Positions 40,062 to 51,741 of a DNA stretch of 64,000 nucleotides are shown here, piece by piece. This DNA comes from Gammaproteobacteria bacterium. GTDB lineage: Bacteria > Pseudomonadota > Gammaproteobacteria > Ga0077536. Made by a program: the position numbers and the translations under genes. Where the stretch lies: contig CAXXLL010000002.1 in assembly GCA_963662545.2 (NCBI GenBank), positions 2,144,001 through 2,208,000 on the forward strand. The letters are read 5' to 3'. How positions within the stretch are numbered: position 1 is the first letter of the stretch; the number at the start of each line of letters is the position of its first letter. The notes beneath the pieces are model-generated. The model had not been told where the DNA came from and made no database searches. It was given only the letters and a program-made list of their open reading frames with translations.

Positions 40062-40763
40062 GTGAACGATAAGGTATGTCTAATTAGCGGCGTTGGCCCC
40101 GGCACCGGCACAGCGCTCAGTAAACGATTCGCGGCCGGTGGATACCGCGTCGCGATGCTCGCGCGCGATGAAGCTCGGCTCAAACGTCTTGAAGCTGAGA
40201 TTGGCGGTGCAGCGGGCTACGTCTGCGACGTGGCGGATGAATCGGCGGTAAACGCGACTGTCGAGCAGGTAGTCACGCACTTAGGGCAACCCGAGATCCT
40301 CATCCACAACGCCGTCCGCGGCACGTTCGGCACGTTCCTCGAAATCGATCCCGGCGATCTGAATCGCAATTTCCAAATCAATACGATAGGGTTTCTCTAT
40401 CTCGCCCGCGCGCTCGCGCCGGCAATGCTTGACGCAGGGCGTGGGTTCATCATGGCCACCGGCAACACGTCCGCTCTACGCGGAAAACCGCGTTTCGCCT
40501 CTTTCGCCCCCACCAAAGCTGCCCAACGCATCCTGGCCGAAGCGATGGCCCGCGAAATCGGGCCTAAGGGCGTACACGTTGCCTACCTCGTTATCGATGC
40601 CGTGATTGACCTCGAGTGGACCCGGGAGATGATGGACGACAAACCGGACGAGTACTTCATCCAACCCGACGCCATCGCGGAAACCGTCTACCAGGTTGCG
40701 CACCAAGAGCCTTCGGCATGGTCTTTCAACGTGGAAGTGCGGCCTTTCGGAGAAGCCTGGTAA
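40062..40763 (+). CDS. Short-chain dehydrogenase/reductase
   Basis: GVGPGTG, HNA, FAPTKAAQR, GVHVAYLVIDA. Confidence 0.9.
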   Translation: MNDKVCLISGVGPGTGTALSKRFAAGGYRVAMLARDEARLKRLEAEIGGAAGYVCDVADESAVNATVEQVVTHLGQPEILIHNAVRGTFGTFLEIDPGDLNRNFQINTIGFLYLARALAPAMLDAGRGFIMATGNTSALRGKPRFASFAPTKAAQRILAEAMAREIGPKGVHVAYLVIDAVIDLEWTREMMDDKPDEYFIQPDAIAETVYQVAHQEPSAWSFNVEVRPFGEAW

Positions 40764-40895
40764 GTTACAACCGAGGGATCAGGGTCTGGTTTGCCGTATT
40801 TTTAGGTAGCAGTGAAAGACCTGTCCCTGTTTTATTGCCGAAGAAAAATAGAGCTGAGCGCTTCGGTGTTCAAGGGTGTCCCGAAATATTATCTA

Positions 40896-41150
40896 TTAAT
40901 TCGGCATCAGCAAAATAATAATTGTTGTTGTAACGACCAGGGTAATGGTCACGGGGCCAACAATACACACGATCAACCATGCGACACCAGTGCGCTTTGC
41001 CAGGTTGAGCGTCCAACCATGAGATGGATTCCGCTTCGGAACAAACGTTCTTAAATCAGCATGGCTAAAATAAACACACCACCTCTTTGAACCTGCCGTC
41101 CAGTTTTCCGGCTTCTCCCATTCCGCCCTGTTTATTTCGTCCTGAGTCAT
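40896..41150 (-). CDS. DUF5808-like small membrane protein
   Basis: ENW...YFSHADLRTFVPKRNPSHGWTLNL followed by a TM helix; start at ATG 41150. Confidence 0.7.
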   Translation of the reverse strand: MTQDEINRAEWEKPENWTAGSKRWCVYFSHADLRTFVPKRNPSHGWTLNLAKRTGVAWLIVCIVGPVTITLVVTTTIIILLMPN

Positions 41151-41172
41151 AATTGAATTAGTAGCAAACCTG

Positions 41173-41867
41173 CTACTTAGGTTTAGCTTCCGCCATGCCG
41201 CGTACAAGCCTGTCCACGGCTGTTGTTGTCGTACTTTCAAGTTTGCGCCCGATTAATGGCGCAATAAGTAACCACGGCAAGATAATCAGATAAAGCAGCC
41301 CTGATACGCTTTCGCCAAACAGGCTACTCATAATAAAAAGCGATAGCACCAGCCCAGGCGGAAACAAATAGACAAAGGTCTTCATCGTAGCAACACCTCC
41401 AAGTGTTGCCGTTACGCTGATTGTTGAATCAGTTATATGGAATTTAATTAAAGTTGCACCCAATAGATCCGGTTGTTGATTGCAAGATAATCAGATAAAG
41501 CAGCATCGCCAAACAGGCTACTCATAATAAAAAGCGATAGCACCAGCCCAGGCGGAAACAAATAGACAAAGGTCTTCATCGTAGCAACACCTCCAAGTGT
41601 TGCCGTTACGCTGATTGTTGAATCAGTTATATGGAATTTAATTAAAGTTGCACCCAATAGATCCGGTTGTTGATTGCTATGCATGCCGGGACCTTCTGCC
41701 TCTAGATCTGTATCAGAGTCAACCAGGACCTCGAATCCCAGTGACAACAAGGCTACTCTTGCTACATTAAAAGCATCAGCGGCATTGCCATTAAAAGAGA
41801 CTGAGTAATGATGGGGTTTTGGATCAAACATTTGAAGTTTTATTATGGTAACTGAAGTATCGGACAT
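41173..41867 (-). pseudogene. Hypothetical membrane protein split by an internal tandem duplication
   Basis: Two ORFs share GATLIKFHITDSTISVTATLGGVATMKTFVYLFPPGLVLSLFIMSSLFG; collapsing the repeat restores a single ORF. Confidence 0.7.
41277..41677. repeat. Direct tandem duplication of about 200 bp
   Basis: 41277-41481 is repeated from 41482; the second copy carries a short deletion near the junction. Confidence 0.92.
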
Positions 41868-42078
41868 TCGCGGTAACGATCGCCGCGCCGTGAATGTACG
41901 CTGCGCGTTCGAATCTTGCCCAAACTTGGACGTTCAGGTTATTTTGCGAGAGTGACAACGAGGTTCCTACGCCACCCCACCCTCACTTAGCGCCGGAACT
42001 CCGGCCCCTTCCATTCCCATGCCGAGTTCGAGATCCAGGATGGACTTCGCACCTGAGCCGATGTTCAGTTGCCAGCGA

Positions 42079-42270
42079 TTAAGCGGCTGCTCGGTCCCCA
42101 GCTTCCTGCTCGCCCAAACGATTTAGCCGCAACAGCCTGCCTGGCGTCGCCCCCGTGCACTCGCCATCTTTGAACGTGACCACACCGTTCACCAGAATCC
42201 AACGATAACCTTCGGCGCGCTGAATACGGCGCCATTGATTGGCGGGGAAATCGTGCGCGCGATTGTCTGG
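42079..42270 (-). pseudogene. C-terminal remnant of an N-acyl-D-amino-acid deacylase-like amidohydrolase
   Basis: Manual translation HDFPANQWRRIQRAEGYRWILVNGVVTF, frameshift, DGECTGATPGRLLR. Confidence 0.65.
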
Positions 42271-42505
42271 CGAGTTTTGTCCAACATTGCTCCGGACTCT
42301 CGCTGCCGATCGTCACAGACCATTGCCCTGACTCGCAACTTACAGCAGGACCCTGGTTCGATCACGCCCTTTGACGCGCTCGCCGAGCGCTGCAATGCAG
42401 CAGGCACGACCAAAAATGAATCTGGTACCATTTCTTGGCGGCTGAAAATAGGCCGGCACCTTAATTGTGCAAGACGATTCACGCGACCGAATGGGAGGTC
42501 ACATC

Positions 42506-43588
42506 ATGAAATTCGGGATCACTATAGCGCCGCATATCGATCGCTGGGATCTCGTCCAATACGCGGAAGAGCTGGGATTTGACCGGGCTTGGGTGCCGGA
42601 TTCGCAGATGATTTGGTCGGACTGCTACGCCATCCTCGCGCTGGCGGCCGCGAACACCAGCAAAATCCAGATCGGCACCGGCGTTTCGATCGCCGGCACC
42701 CGCATTGCGCCGGTCACCGCGCATTCCATTGGCAGCATCAATCAATTGGCGCCGGGGCGGGTGTTTCTGGGCCTGGGCACCGGGCATACGGCCATGCGCG
42801 TCATGGGGCAAGACCCAATGCCCGTTACGGAGTTTCGCGAGTATTTACGCGTGGTACGCGAACTTCTCGATGGTAATGCTGTGGATTACACCTATCGGGG
42901 TGTGACCCGGGAGGTAGAGTTCCTACACCGTGATCGCTATTTCGTGAATCTCGACAACCACATCCCGATTTATATCGCTGCCAATGGTCCGAAAGCGTGC
43001 CAGGCGGCTGGGGCTTATGGCGACGGTTGGACAACGATCGGTCGCGATGCTGAGCAAATCGGGAACGCCTTCGGTCATATTCGTGCCGGTGCAGAAGCGG
43101 CCGGGCGCAGCTTGAGCGATGATTTTCACAGCACCTTGTTTACGTGTACGTCAGTCTTGCAAGCGGGCGAAAATCTCACTAGCGATCGCGTGATCAATGA
43201 AATTGGCAGTTGGGTCACCACCGAGTTGCATTTCTTCTATGAGATTTGGAACAAGGCCGGTCGGAAAGATGAACTCATTCCGTCTTACTTTCTTAATCTA
43301 TGGGATGAATATCTTGACCGGGTAAATAATTTCAGCCTGCCAGAGGAGTCACGTTTTCGACAAATCCATGAAGGCCATGCCATTTATCACATGCCTGAAG
43401 AGCGTCGATTTATCACGCCAGAGGCGATCAGCACGAGTTGCATGGTCGGCTCGCCTGAGGACATCATCGATCAAATCCACGAACTTGAGAAAACGGGCAT
43501 CAAGGAAGTGAACATAATGCCGGCAGCGGATCATGCGCGTAATGCGTTTAAGGATCTTGCGGATAAGATCATCCCGGCGTTTCGTTAG
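42506..43588 (+). CDS. LLM-class flavin-dependent oxidoreductase
   Basis: AEELGFDRAWVPDSQ, APGRVFLGLGTG, PIYIAANGPK; start at ATG 42506. Confidence 0.92.
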   Translation: MKFGITIAPHIDRWDLVQYAEELGFDRAWVPDSQMIWSDCYAILALAAANTSKIQIGTGVSIAGTRIAPVTAHSIGSINQLAPGRVFLGLGTGHTAMRVMGQDPMPVTEFREYLRVVRELLDGNAVDYTYRGVTREVEFLHRDRYFVNLDNHIPIYIAANGPKACQAAGAYGDGWTTIGRDAEQIGNAFGHIRAGAEAAGRSLSDDFHSTLFTCTSVLQAGENLTSDRVINEIGSWVTTELHFFYEIWNKAGRKDELIPSYFLNLWDEYLDRVNNFSLPEESRFRQIHEGHAIYHMPEERRFITPEAISTSCMVGSPEDIIDQIHELEKTGIKEVNIMPAADHARNAFKDLADKIIPAFR

Positions 43589-43621
43589 CAGGCTGTTGAA
43601 AACTCGTTTTTCAACAACCTG
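43589..43621. repeat. 33-bp minimal MITE/hairpin with TTAG duplication; probable terminator
   Basis: TTAG-CAGGCTGTTGAAAA CTCGT TTTTCAACAACCTG-TTAG between convergent genes. Confidence 0.7.
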
Positions 43622-43684
43622 TTAGGGAACAGGCATCGGGAGGCCCCACCTTGCCCCAAGCGTGATCGGCGCCGATATTCAGAC

Positions 43685-44089
43685 TTACGCTTGTTCTAGC
43701 TCGATCAAGGTTCCGCAGAAATCTTTGGGGTGTAGAAACAGCACGGGTTTATCGTGGGCACCGTTTCTCGGTTCACCATCCCCGAGGACGCGCGCGCCCG
43801 CAGAGACGAGTTGATCGCGGGCGCTGATGATATCGTCGACTTCGTAACACAAGTGATGGGTGCCCCCATCGGGATTGCGCTCTAGGAACTTCGCGACCGG
43901 CGATTCCTTACCCAGTGGGTGCAAGAGTTCAATCTTGGTATTCGGCAGCTCGACGAATACGGTGGTAACGCCGTGCGCCAGCAAGTCCACGGGCTTAGTT
44001 ACTTGGGCGCCGAGCGTATCACGGTACACGCGCGTGGCGGCTTCGAGATCCGGGACGACGACCGCGACGTGATTCAATTTGCCTATCAT
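43685..44089 (-). CDS. mce: Methylmalonyl-CoA epimerase
   Basis: LNHVAVVVPDL, HGVTTVFVELPNTKIELL, FLHPKDFCGTLIELEQ. Confidence 0.96.
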   Translation of the reverse strand: MIGKLNHVAVVVPDLEAATRVYRDTLGAQVTKPVDLLAHGVTTVFVELPNTKIELLHPLGKESPVAKFLERNPDGGTHHLCYEVDDIISARDQLVSAGARVLGDGEPRNGAHDKPVLFLHPKDFCGTLIELEQA

Positions 44090-44146
44090 GTTTTTCTGTT
44101 ACCTTTCAGCGAGCCGACCATACGCGCAAATTTACCACTGCCAAGA

Positions 44147-45130
44147 TCACCGATCGCCACGGTAAATCCGCAGCAGTCTATCCGCGGCGACGGTGGCGGG
44201 CATCTTACCCTGCATTACATCCCGCTCCAGTAATTCGACTTGATCCGCGACCTCGGGATGGCCGCGAACCTCGTCCAAAAGGGACTCTGCAGCTTCCGAC
44301 CACATCCAACTTCGCGCCTGCTCGGCGCGGCGCGCGGCGACCGCACCCCGGGTACTCATTTCACGGTGAAATTCGCGGATCGTCGACCACACTTCGGCTA
44401 TGTTCGCCCCGGTCAAAGCTGAGCAGGTCTGCACCGGCACCTCCCAGTCATCTTGCCGCGGCCGCATGAACTGCAGCGCATTCTGATAATCCGCCGCCGC
44501 TCGCCCGGCCGCCTGCACCATTTCTCCATCGGCCTTGTTGACGACGACCAGATCAGCGAGCTCGATGATCCCGCGTTTGATCCCCTGTAACTCGTCACCG
44601 CCGCCGGGGAGCAGCAGCAGCACGAACATGTCCGTCATGTCGGCCACGGCGGTTTCCGACTGCCCAACGCCCACCGTTTCCACAATGACGACATCGAAGC
44701 CCGCGGCCTCACACAACAATATCGCTTCGCGGGTTCGTCGCGTAACGCCGCCGAGCGTCTTGCCGGCTGGCGATGGCCGGATAAATGCCTCCTCGCGCGC
44801 CGTCAGCTCCGGCATCCGCGTCTTGTCACCGAGGATGGACCCGCCGGATACCGTCGAGCTTGGATCGACCGCCAGTACCGCGACGCGGTGACCTTCGTCG
44901 ATCACGTGATTGCCTAATCGCTCGATGAACGTGGACTTGCCGACACCAGGGACGCCCGAAATCCCGACGCGAATGGTGTTATCACCCTCGGCAGTGAGAT
45001 TTGCGAGTAACGCCGTCGCGGCGTCGCGGTGGTCCGGCCGCGTCGACTCGACCAGGGTGATCGCACGCGCGAGAGCGCGGCGGTCGCCGACCTTCAGAGT
45101 GGCCACGAGCGCCTCGGTATTGGAACTCAC
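44147..45130 (-). CDS. meaB: Methylmalonyl-CoA mutase-associated GTPase MeaB
   Basis: [37 protein letters not shown]. Confidence 0.96.
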   Translation of the reverse strand: MSSNTEALVATLKVGDRRALARAITLVESTRPDHRDAATALLANLTAEGDNTIRVGISGVPGVGKSTFIERLGNHVIDEGHRVAVLAVDPSSTVSGGSILGDKTRMPELTAREEAFIRPSPAGKTLGGVTRRTREAILLCEAAGFDVVIVETVGVGQSETAVADMTDMFVLLLLPGGGDELQGIKRGIIELADLVVVNKADGEMVQAAGRAAADYQNALQFMRPRQDDWEVPVQTCSALTGANIAEVWSTIREFHREMSTRGAVAARRAEQARSWMWSEAAESLLDEVRGHPEVADQVELLERDVMQGKMPATVAADRLLRIYRGDR

Positions 45131-45160
45131 CGGTCGGTCCTCGACATCAGCGCATTGGAT

Positions 45161-47149
45161 TCAGGCGAATTCGATAATCGGCTGATCAACCGCCAGGCTT
45201 TCCCCTTCGCGCGCCAGAACCTTCTTGACCACGGCTTCACGCGCGGCATGCAGCACGTTCTCCATTTTCATCGCCTCGATAACCGCTATTTCCTGGCCCG
45301 CCGCGACGGTGCTACCCTCCTCCACCGACACCCCGATTAGCAGTCCCGGCATGGGCGAGATCAGGTAGTTCGAGAGATCCGGCGGTTCTTTTTCAATCAT
45401 GAACCGACTCAGTTCCGCCGCGCGTGGCGTCAACACCCAGGCCGAAATGTCAGCGCCGGCGTAGCTCAAACGATATTTCCAGTCAGGCTGCTCTATCTGA
45501 ATGCACATTGGCTGGCCATCGATAACCGCTTCGAACAGCGGCGCGCCGATCTGCCAATCGCCCGTCACCCGATAAATTCGATCCCCGTACTCCACGTCGT
45601 GCCCGTCCTCTATTGGCGCGACGCTAACCGGATGAGCTGCGCCGTCGAGAAACACGACGCGCGCCACCTTACCCGACACGCGTTCACGCCCTGGCATCTG
45701 CCCGTTGATGTGAGCGGCGCGAGAGGTATAACGTTGGTGCAGCGATGCGACGGCGGCGACCAGCGGTGCGAAATCCCTCGGCATGACATCGTCGCGCGAG
45801 AACCCCTCTGGATATTCTTCCGCAATGAACTCCGTGCTGAGTCGGCCTGACACGAAGCGTTCATGGGCCAATACGGCTCGCACGAAGGCGAGATTATGCC
45901 GCACGCCGCGAATATAAAAACGGTCGATAGCGTGCTGCATCGTAGCGATGGCCTCGTCACGGGTTTCGCCGTAGGTCACCAACTTCGCGATCATGGGATC
46001 GTAGAAGGTCGATACTTCACCGCCTTCGTATACACCGGTATCGACACGCACGTTTGCGGTTTCGTCTGGCGGCCGGTAAGCCAACAAGCGCCCCGTCGAC
46101 GGCAGGAATTCGCGCATCGGATCTTCCGCGTAAACGCGCACTTCCAGAGCCCAACCGTTGAGTTGAACGTCTGTCTGCGCAAAAGATAAGGCCTCACCGG
46201 CCGCGACCCGGATCATCAATTCCACGAGGTCCACACCGGTAACGAATTCCGTTACCGGATGCTCGACCTGTAAGCGAGTATTCATCTCCAGAAAATAAAA
46301 GTTGCGGTCGGGATCGACGATGAACTCGACCGTCCCAGCTGAGGCGTAATCGACGGCCCTGGCCAGCGCCACGGCCTGCTCCCCCATCGCCTTGCGGGTG
46401 GCGTCATCGAGAAACGGCGAAGGCGCCTCTTCGATCACCTTCTGATGGCGTCTCTGAATCGAACATTCGCGCTCGCCGAGATAGACGATATTCCCGTGAG
46501 TGTCGGCGATGATCTGGATTTCAATGTGACGCGGCTGCTCGATGTATTTCTCGACGAAGATGCGGTCATCGCCGAAACTGGACTGCGCCTCGCTGGCGGC
46601 GCGCTCAAACCCGTCCCGGCATTCCTTGTCGTTGCGCGCTACGCGCAAGCCCTTACCGCCACCGCCTGCGCTGGCCTTGAGCATCACGGGATAAGCGATC
46701 TCGTTGGCTCTTTTCACCGCCTCGTGCGTATCCTTGATCACGCCCGTGAACCCCGGAATGGTGTTAACCCCGGCTTTTTCTGCCAGCTTCTTCGAGGTAA
46801 TTTTGTCGCCCATCGTCTCGATGGCTTGTGCGCCCGGGCCGATAAAATCGATGCCGGCGGCTTCTAAGATCGCGCGAAAATCGGCGTTCTCCGCGAGGAA
46901 TCCGTACCCGGGGTGAACGGCTTGAGCACCGGTCGTTTGACATGCCTCCACGATCCGCTCACTAACGAGATAGCTCTCGGCCGATGCCGAGCCACCGATA
47001 TGCACAGCTTCGTCGGCCATCTCGACATGGAGCGCTCCGCGATCCGCATCGGAATACACGGCGACCGTCGAAATACCCATGCGTCGCGCGGTCTTGAACA
47101 CACGGCACGCGATTTCTCCCCGGTTGGCGACCAGAATTTTATTGTACAT
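45161..47149 (-). CDS. pccA: Propionyl-CoA carboxylase alpha subunit (biotin carboxylase plus carrier)
   Basis: ILVANRGEIA, EMNTRLQVEHPVTE, EAMKM biotinylation site; methylmalonyl-CoA pathway context. Confidence 0.92.
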   Translation of the reverse strand: MYNKILVANRGEIACRVFKTARRMGISTVAVYSDADRGALHVEMADEAVHIGGSASAESYLVSERIVEACQTTGAQAVHPGYGFLAENADFRAILEAAGIDFIGPGAQAIETMGDKITSKKLAEKAGVNTIPGFTGVIKDTHEAVKRANEIAYPVMLKASAGGGGKGLRVARNDKECRDGFERAASEAQSSFGDDRIFVEKYIEQPRHIEIQIIADTHGNIVYLGERECSIQRRHQKVIEEAPSPFLDDATRKAMGEQAVALARAVDYASAGTVEFIVDPDRNFYFLEMNTRLQVEHPVTEFVTGVDLVELMIRVAAGEALSFAQTDVQLNGWALEVRVYAEDPMREFLPSTGRLLAYRPPDETANVRVDTGVYEGGEVSTFYDPMIAKLVTYGETRDEAIATMQHAIDRFYIRGVRHNLAFVRAVLAHERFVSGRLSTEFIAEEYPEGFSRDDVMPRDFAPLVAAVASLHQRYTSRAAHINGQMPGRERVSGKVARVVFLDGAAHPVSVAPIEDGHDVEYGDRIYRVTGDWQIGAPLFEAVIDGQPMCIQIEQPDWKYRLSYAGADISAWVLTPRAAELSRFMIEKEPPDLSNYLISPMPGLLIGVSVEEGSTVAAGQEIAVIEAMKMENVLHAAREAVVKKVLAREGESLAVDQPIIEFA

Positions 47150-47192
47150 TATTTTTTTCGGGCGATTTAGATTAGTGTCAGATCATAAGCCG

Positions 47193-48725
47193 CTAAAGCG
47201 GAATGTTGTCATGTTTGCGCCAAGGGTTGGTCAGATCCTTATTTTTAAGCATGGCGAACGATCGGCAGACGCGCTGCCTGGTGTCGCGCGGCATGATGAT
47301 ATCGTCGATGAAACCGAGATGCCCCGCGATAAACGGATTGGCGAACTTCTCGCGATATTCTTCGGTGCGCCGCGCGATCTTTTCCTCGTCACCGATATCC
47401 TGACGAAAGATTATTTCAACGGCGCCCTTAGGGCCCATCACGGCGATCTCGGCGCTCGGCCATGCGAGATTCACATCGCCGCGCAGATGTTTGGAACTCA
47501 TGACGTCGTAAGCGCCGCCATAGGCCTTGCGTGTGATCACCGTGACTTTGGGTACTGTAGCCTCGGCAAAGGCGAACAACAATTTAGCACCGTGTTTAAT
47601 GATGCCACCGTACTCCTGCACCGTTCCAGGCAAGAAACCGGGTACGTCGACAAAGGTCAGAATGGGGATATTAAAGGCGTCGCAAAAACGCACGAAACGT
47701 CCGGCTTTAACCGAGGAGTTAATGTCCAGACAGCCGGCGAGAACCATCGGCTGGTTGGCCACGACCCCAATGGTCGAACCTTCAAGACGGATGAATCCGG
47801 TGATGATATTCTTGGCGTAATCCGGCTGTAATTCGAAGAAGCTCGCTTCATCGGCGATCTTGACCACCAGCTCCTTGATGTCATACGGCTTGGCGGGGTC
47901 GTCCGGGATCAGTTTGTCCAAGGACGGTTCCTGCCGGACAGCACTATCGGTGCACGGCCATACCGGAGGTTTCTCACGGTTGTTTGACGGCAGGTAATTG
48001 ATGAACTGCCGCACCATCATCAGCGCATCGGTGTCGTTCTCAAAAGCACGATCGGCAACCCCGGATTTTCTCGAATGGGTCGCGGCACCGCCGAGTTCTT
48101 CCGCCGTGACCTCCTCGTGGGTCACTGTCTTTACGACATCGGGACCGGTGACGAACATGTAGGAGCTGTCCTCGACCATGAAGATAAAATCGGTCATCGC
48201 CGGGGAATACACCGCGCCGCCGGCGCACGGTCCCATCACCATGGAGATCTGCGGCACCACACCCGAGGCCAGCACATTGCGCTGAAATACGTCGGCATAG
48301 CCGCCCAGCGAGGCCACGCCTTCCTGGATCCGCGCACCGCCCGAGTCGTTCAGTCCGATCACGGGTGCGCCGACTTTCATCGCCTGGTCCATGACCTTGC
48401 AGATCTTGCGGGCGTGCGCGGCCGACAGGGATCCGCCGAAGACGGTGAAATCCTGGCTGAACAAGAAGACGAGCCGACCGTTGACGGTGCCATAGCCGGT
48501 GACGACCCCATCGCCCGGAATCGTTTTTTCTGCCATGCCGAAGTCGTTGCAATCGTGCTCGACGAACATGTCCCACTCTTCAAAGCTGCCTTCGTCGAGC
48601 AGCAACTCAATACGCTCACGAGCCGTGAGCTTGCCCTTCGCATGCTGCGTGTCAATTCGCCGTTGGCCGCCACCCGCACGCGCAGCGGCCCGCCTTTGTT
48701 CCACTTGTTTGATTATTTCATCCAT
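47193..48725 (-). CDS. pccB: Propionyl-CoA carboxylase beta subunit
   Basis: [33 protein letters not shown]. Confidence 0.94.
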   Translation of the reverse strand: MDEIIKQVEQRRAAARAGGGQRRIDTQHAKGKLTARERIELLLDEGSFEEWDMFVEHDCNDFGMAEKTIPGDGVVTGYGTVNGRLVFLFSQDFTVFGGSLSAAHARKICKVMDQAMKVGAPVIGLNDSGGARIQEGVASLGGYADVFQRNVLASGVVPQISMVMGPCAGGAVYSPAMTDFIFMVEDSSYMFVTGPDVVKTVTHEEVTAEELGGAATHSRKSGVADRAFENDTDALMMVRQFINYLPSNNREKPPVWPCTDSAVRQEPSLDKLIPDDPAKPYDIKELVVKIADEASFFELQPDYAKNIITGFIRLEGSTIGVVANQPMVLAGCLDINSSVKAGRFVRFCDAFNIPILTFVDVPGFLPGTVQEYGGIIKHGAKLLFAFAEATVPKVTVITRKAYGGAYDVMSSKHLRGDVNLAWPSAEIAVMGPKGAVEIIFRQDIGDEEKIARRTEEYREKFANPFIAGHLGFIDDIIMPRDTRQRVCRSFAMLKNKDLTNPWRKHDNIPL

Positions 48726-48827
48726 TGTTATCGTGTTCTTAATATGGCGTCTTAGGCAGTTAATGCCGCCATAGGCTGCGCTCGCCCGCTCCCCTCGGGC
48801 TGCGCCTACCCGAAATTCAGGTCCAGC

Positions 48828-50999
48828 TCAGCTGCCGGGCATAGCTTGCTTGTGCGTTCGTTGTGAGCGGATGAGCCCGAGCACTTGCTGGGCCGCTTCG
48901 GGAATGTTCGTACCGGGCCCGTAGATTGCGGCGACGCCTGCGTCGTACAGTTCGTCGTGGTCCTGCGGTGGGATCACCCCGCCGCAAACAACGAGAATGT
49001 CGCTGGTGTCTTGCGCATCCAAAGCGGCGATCAATTCCGGCACCAGCGCTTTGTGCCCGGCCGCTTGCGACGATACGCCGATAACGTGCACGTCATTCTC
49101 CAATGCTTGACGCGCGGCCTCTTCGGGGGTCTGAAAAAGCGGCCCGATGTCGACGTCAAAACCGATATCCGCGAACGCAGTTGCAATCACCTTCGCGCCG
49201 CGGTCATGCCCATCCTGCCCAAGCTTGACCACGAGCATGCGCGGTCGCCGGCCCTCCGACCGGGCGAAATCTTCTACGTCGTGCTTAATACCCATGAATA
49301 CCGTATCCGCCTCGTAGGCCGCGCCGTAGACACCACTGACCGACTGCGTCACCGCCTGGTGTCGCCCCCACACCGCTTCCAAGGCATCGGATATCTCGCC
49401 TACCGTAGCACGTTCGCGCGCAGCGATGACCGCGAGCTCGAGGAGGTTGCGTTCACCGCTAGATGCGGCGTCGGTCAACGCTTGCAGGGTCGCCGCACAC
49501 TTGTCCGCATCGCGCCCACGGCGCACTTGGGCCAAACGTGCAATCTGGGCGTCGCTGACCGCCGTATGGTCGATCTCGCGGATGTCGACCTCGGGTTCGT
49601 CATCTCGTTGATACTTGTTCACGCCGATGATCACTTCCTCGCCGCGGTCGATTCGCGCCTGCCGCTCAGCCGCCGATTGTTCAATTCGCAATTTCGGCAT
49701 ACCCGACTCGACGGCCTTGGTCATGCCGCCCAGCTCCTCGACCTCGCGGATCAGCTTCAACGCTTCGCTCGCGATGGACGCCGTCAAGGATTCAACGTAA
49801 TACGAGCCCGCCAGAGGATCGACGACCTTGGTAATGCCGCTCTCTTGTTGAAGTATCAATTGCGTATTACGCGCGATGCGGGATGAAATTTCGGTCGGCA
49901 GTGCGAGCGCCTCGTCAAAGGAATTCGTGTGCAGCGACTGCGTCCCGCCGAATGCCCCTGCCAAAGCCTCGAGCGTCGTGCGGATCACATTGTTGTACGG
50001 GTCTTGGCTGGTGAGACTGACGCCGGAGGTCTGACAGTGGGTCCGCAGCATTAGCGAGCGCGGGTCTTGCGGCTCGAACAGCTCTTGCATCAGCTTGCTC
50101 CAGAGCAATCGGGCGGCGCGTAGCTTCGCGACCTCCATGAAAAAATTCATACCGATACAAAAGAAGAAGGACAGGCGTGGTGCAAACTCGTCGACCTTCA
50201 AACCAGTGTTCAAGGCGGCGCGCACGTATTCGATGCCGTCGGCAATCGTGAATGCGAGTTCCTGGACACAGGTCGCACCGGCTTCCTGCATGTGATAACC
50301 CGAGATTGAGATCGAATTGTATTTGGGGATGTTGCGTGCGGTGTAGGCGATGATGTCGGCAACGATCCGCATCGACGGCGCCGGCGGATAGATATAGGTG
50401 TTACGCACCATGAATTCTTTGAGGATATCGTTTTGCAGGGTTCCGGACAGCGCTGTCTGCTCGACGCCCTGCTCCTCGGCGGCGACGATGAACATCGCCA
50501 TCACAGGCAAGGCTGCACCGTTCATCGTCATGGACACCGACATCTTGTCGAGCGGGATGCCGTCGAAGAGGATCTTCATGTCCTCGACACTATCGATGGC
50601 GACGCCCGCCTTGCCGACATCACCGGCGACCCGCGGATGATCCGAGTCATAGCCGCGATGGGTCGCAAGATCGAAGGCAACGGACAGGCCCGTCTGACCG
50701 GCGGCAAGGTTATTGCGGAAAAAGGCGTTAGATTCCTCGGCGGTGGAAAATCCCGCATATTGGCGGACGGTCCAAGGCCGGCCCACGTACATCGTCGCGC
50801 GCGGCCCGCGCACAAAGGGTGCGACGCCCGGCATCGACCCGATGTGCTCCAATTCGGCCAGGTCCGCCGCCGTATAGACCGGTTTGACGACGATACCCTC
50901 CGCCGTCAGCCAATCGAGATCGTCCAGCGACGCCGCCTTCGACTCTTTTAGCGCCCGCGCGGTCCAGTCCGCCAAGGCTTTCTCAGATGATGCTGTCAC
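48828..50999 (-). CDS. scpA: Methylmalonyl-CoA mutase (B12-dependent)
   Basis: [23 protein letters not shown]12-binding motif; start approximate. Confidence 0.96.
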   Translation of the reverse strand: MTASSEKALADWTARALKESKAASLDDLDWLTAEGIVVKPVYTAADLAELEHIGSMPGVAPFVRGPRATMYVGRPWTVRQYAGFSTAEESNAFFRNNLAAGQTGLSVAFDLATHRGYDSDHPRVAGDVGKAGVAIDSVEDMKILFDGIPLDKMSVSMTMNGAALPVMAMFIVAAEEQGVEQTALSGTLQNDILKEFMVRNTYIYPPAPSMRIVADIIAYTARNIPKYNSISISGYHMQEAGATCVQELAFTIADGIEYVRAALNTGLKVDEFAPRLSFFFCIGMNFFMEVAKLRAARLLWSKLMQELFEPQDPRSLMLRTHCQTSGVSLTSQDPYNNVIRTTLEALAGAFGGTQSLHTNSFDEALALPTEISSRIARNTQLILQQESGITKVVDPLAGSYYVESLTASIASEALKLIREVEELGGMTKAVESGMPKLRIEQSAAERQARIDRGEEVIIGVNKYQRDDEPEVDIREIDHTAVSDAQIARLAQVRRGRDADKCAATLQALTDAASSGERNLLELAVIAARERATVGEISDALEAVWGRHQAVTQSVSGVYGAAYEADTVFMGIKHDVEDFARSEGRRPRMLVVKLGQDGHDRGAKVIATAFADIGFDVDIGPLFQTPEEAARQALENDVHVIGVSSQAAGHKALVPELIAALDAQDTSDILVVCGGVIPPQDHDELYDAGVAAIYGPGTNIPEAAQQVLGLIRSQRTHKQAMPGS

Positions 51000-51332
51000 T
51001 CGCAAACCTCAGGAACTTTCAGCCTTTTGGGCGCCGGTATCCCGCGTACCCAGACTTGCCCATATTTCATGGTCCCGGGCCCTATTCACCAATTATCAGA
51101 CGCGGGGGCTTAGAAGGCATCAATTATAGCCCGCGCCCGCCTCGACGAACGTAAGCTTATGAATCATATCATTTTACTGCGTGAGCTTACTGCCCTCAGG
51201 CCTTTCTGCGAGGATGCTTGGGTTTCCAGGGACCGTTCAGTTATTTCGAGCTCGTGTATCGGATGAATGGGTATACTGGCCGTGGAATTCCCACCCCAGA
51301 GTTCAAGCATTAAACAAGAAGGAGAAGGCCCC

Positions 51333-51725
51333 ATGGCTGATCGGATCATTCCCGCTTCCATGCAGAGCTTCTACGACAGCTATCATTTCGCGCCTGCCGT
51401 GATCGATGGCGAGCATGTACGTTGCTCGGGCGTCATGGGTGTCAAACTGGCCGACGGCAGCGTGCCCGATGATCCCGCAACTCAATTCGCACTCGCGTTC
51501 GATAATTTGAACGAGGTATTGTCCGAAGCCAAGGTTGGTTTCGCCGACATCATCGAAATGACGACGTTTCATGTCGGTCTGCAAGGGCATATGGAGACCT
51601 TCCTCGAGGTCAAAGATCGGTATATGAAAGAACCCTATCCGGCGTGGACGGCGATTGGCATCTCCGAGTTCGCAATTCCGGGCGGCATCGTAGAAATTCG
51701 CGTAACGGCGCGTCGACCAGGCTAG
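51333..51725 (+). CDS. RidA/YjgF-family protein
   Basis: YHFAPAV, PYPAWTAIGI, VEIRVTA; RBS GGAG. Confidence 0.88.
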   Translation: MADRIIPASMQSFYDSYHFAPAVIDGEHVRCSGVMGVKLADGSVPDDPATQFALAFDNLNEVLSEAKVGFADIIEMTTFHVGLQGHMETFLEVKDRYMKEPYPAWTAIGISEFAIPGGIVEIRVTARRPG

Positions 51726-51741
51726 CAAATCCAAATAAAGT

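Noticed and set aside
40830-41960. Low-GC DUF5808/hypothetical block as integron cassettes
   Set aside because: No convincing complementary R'/R'' boxes around these ORFs, unlike the 54-59 kb region.
48885-49886. Long antisense ORFs (also 60212-61318, 11852-12631, 39168-40004)
   Set aside because: They are shadows of well-supported genes on the opposite strand, as expected in GC-rich DNA.
51000-51330. Possible cobalamin riboswitch upstream of the mutase
   Set aside because: No recognisable B12-box or GGGAA/GCCACTG elements were found by eye.
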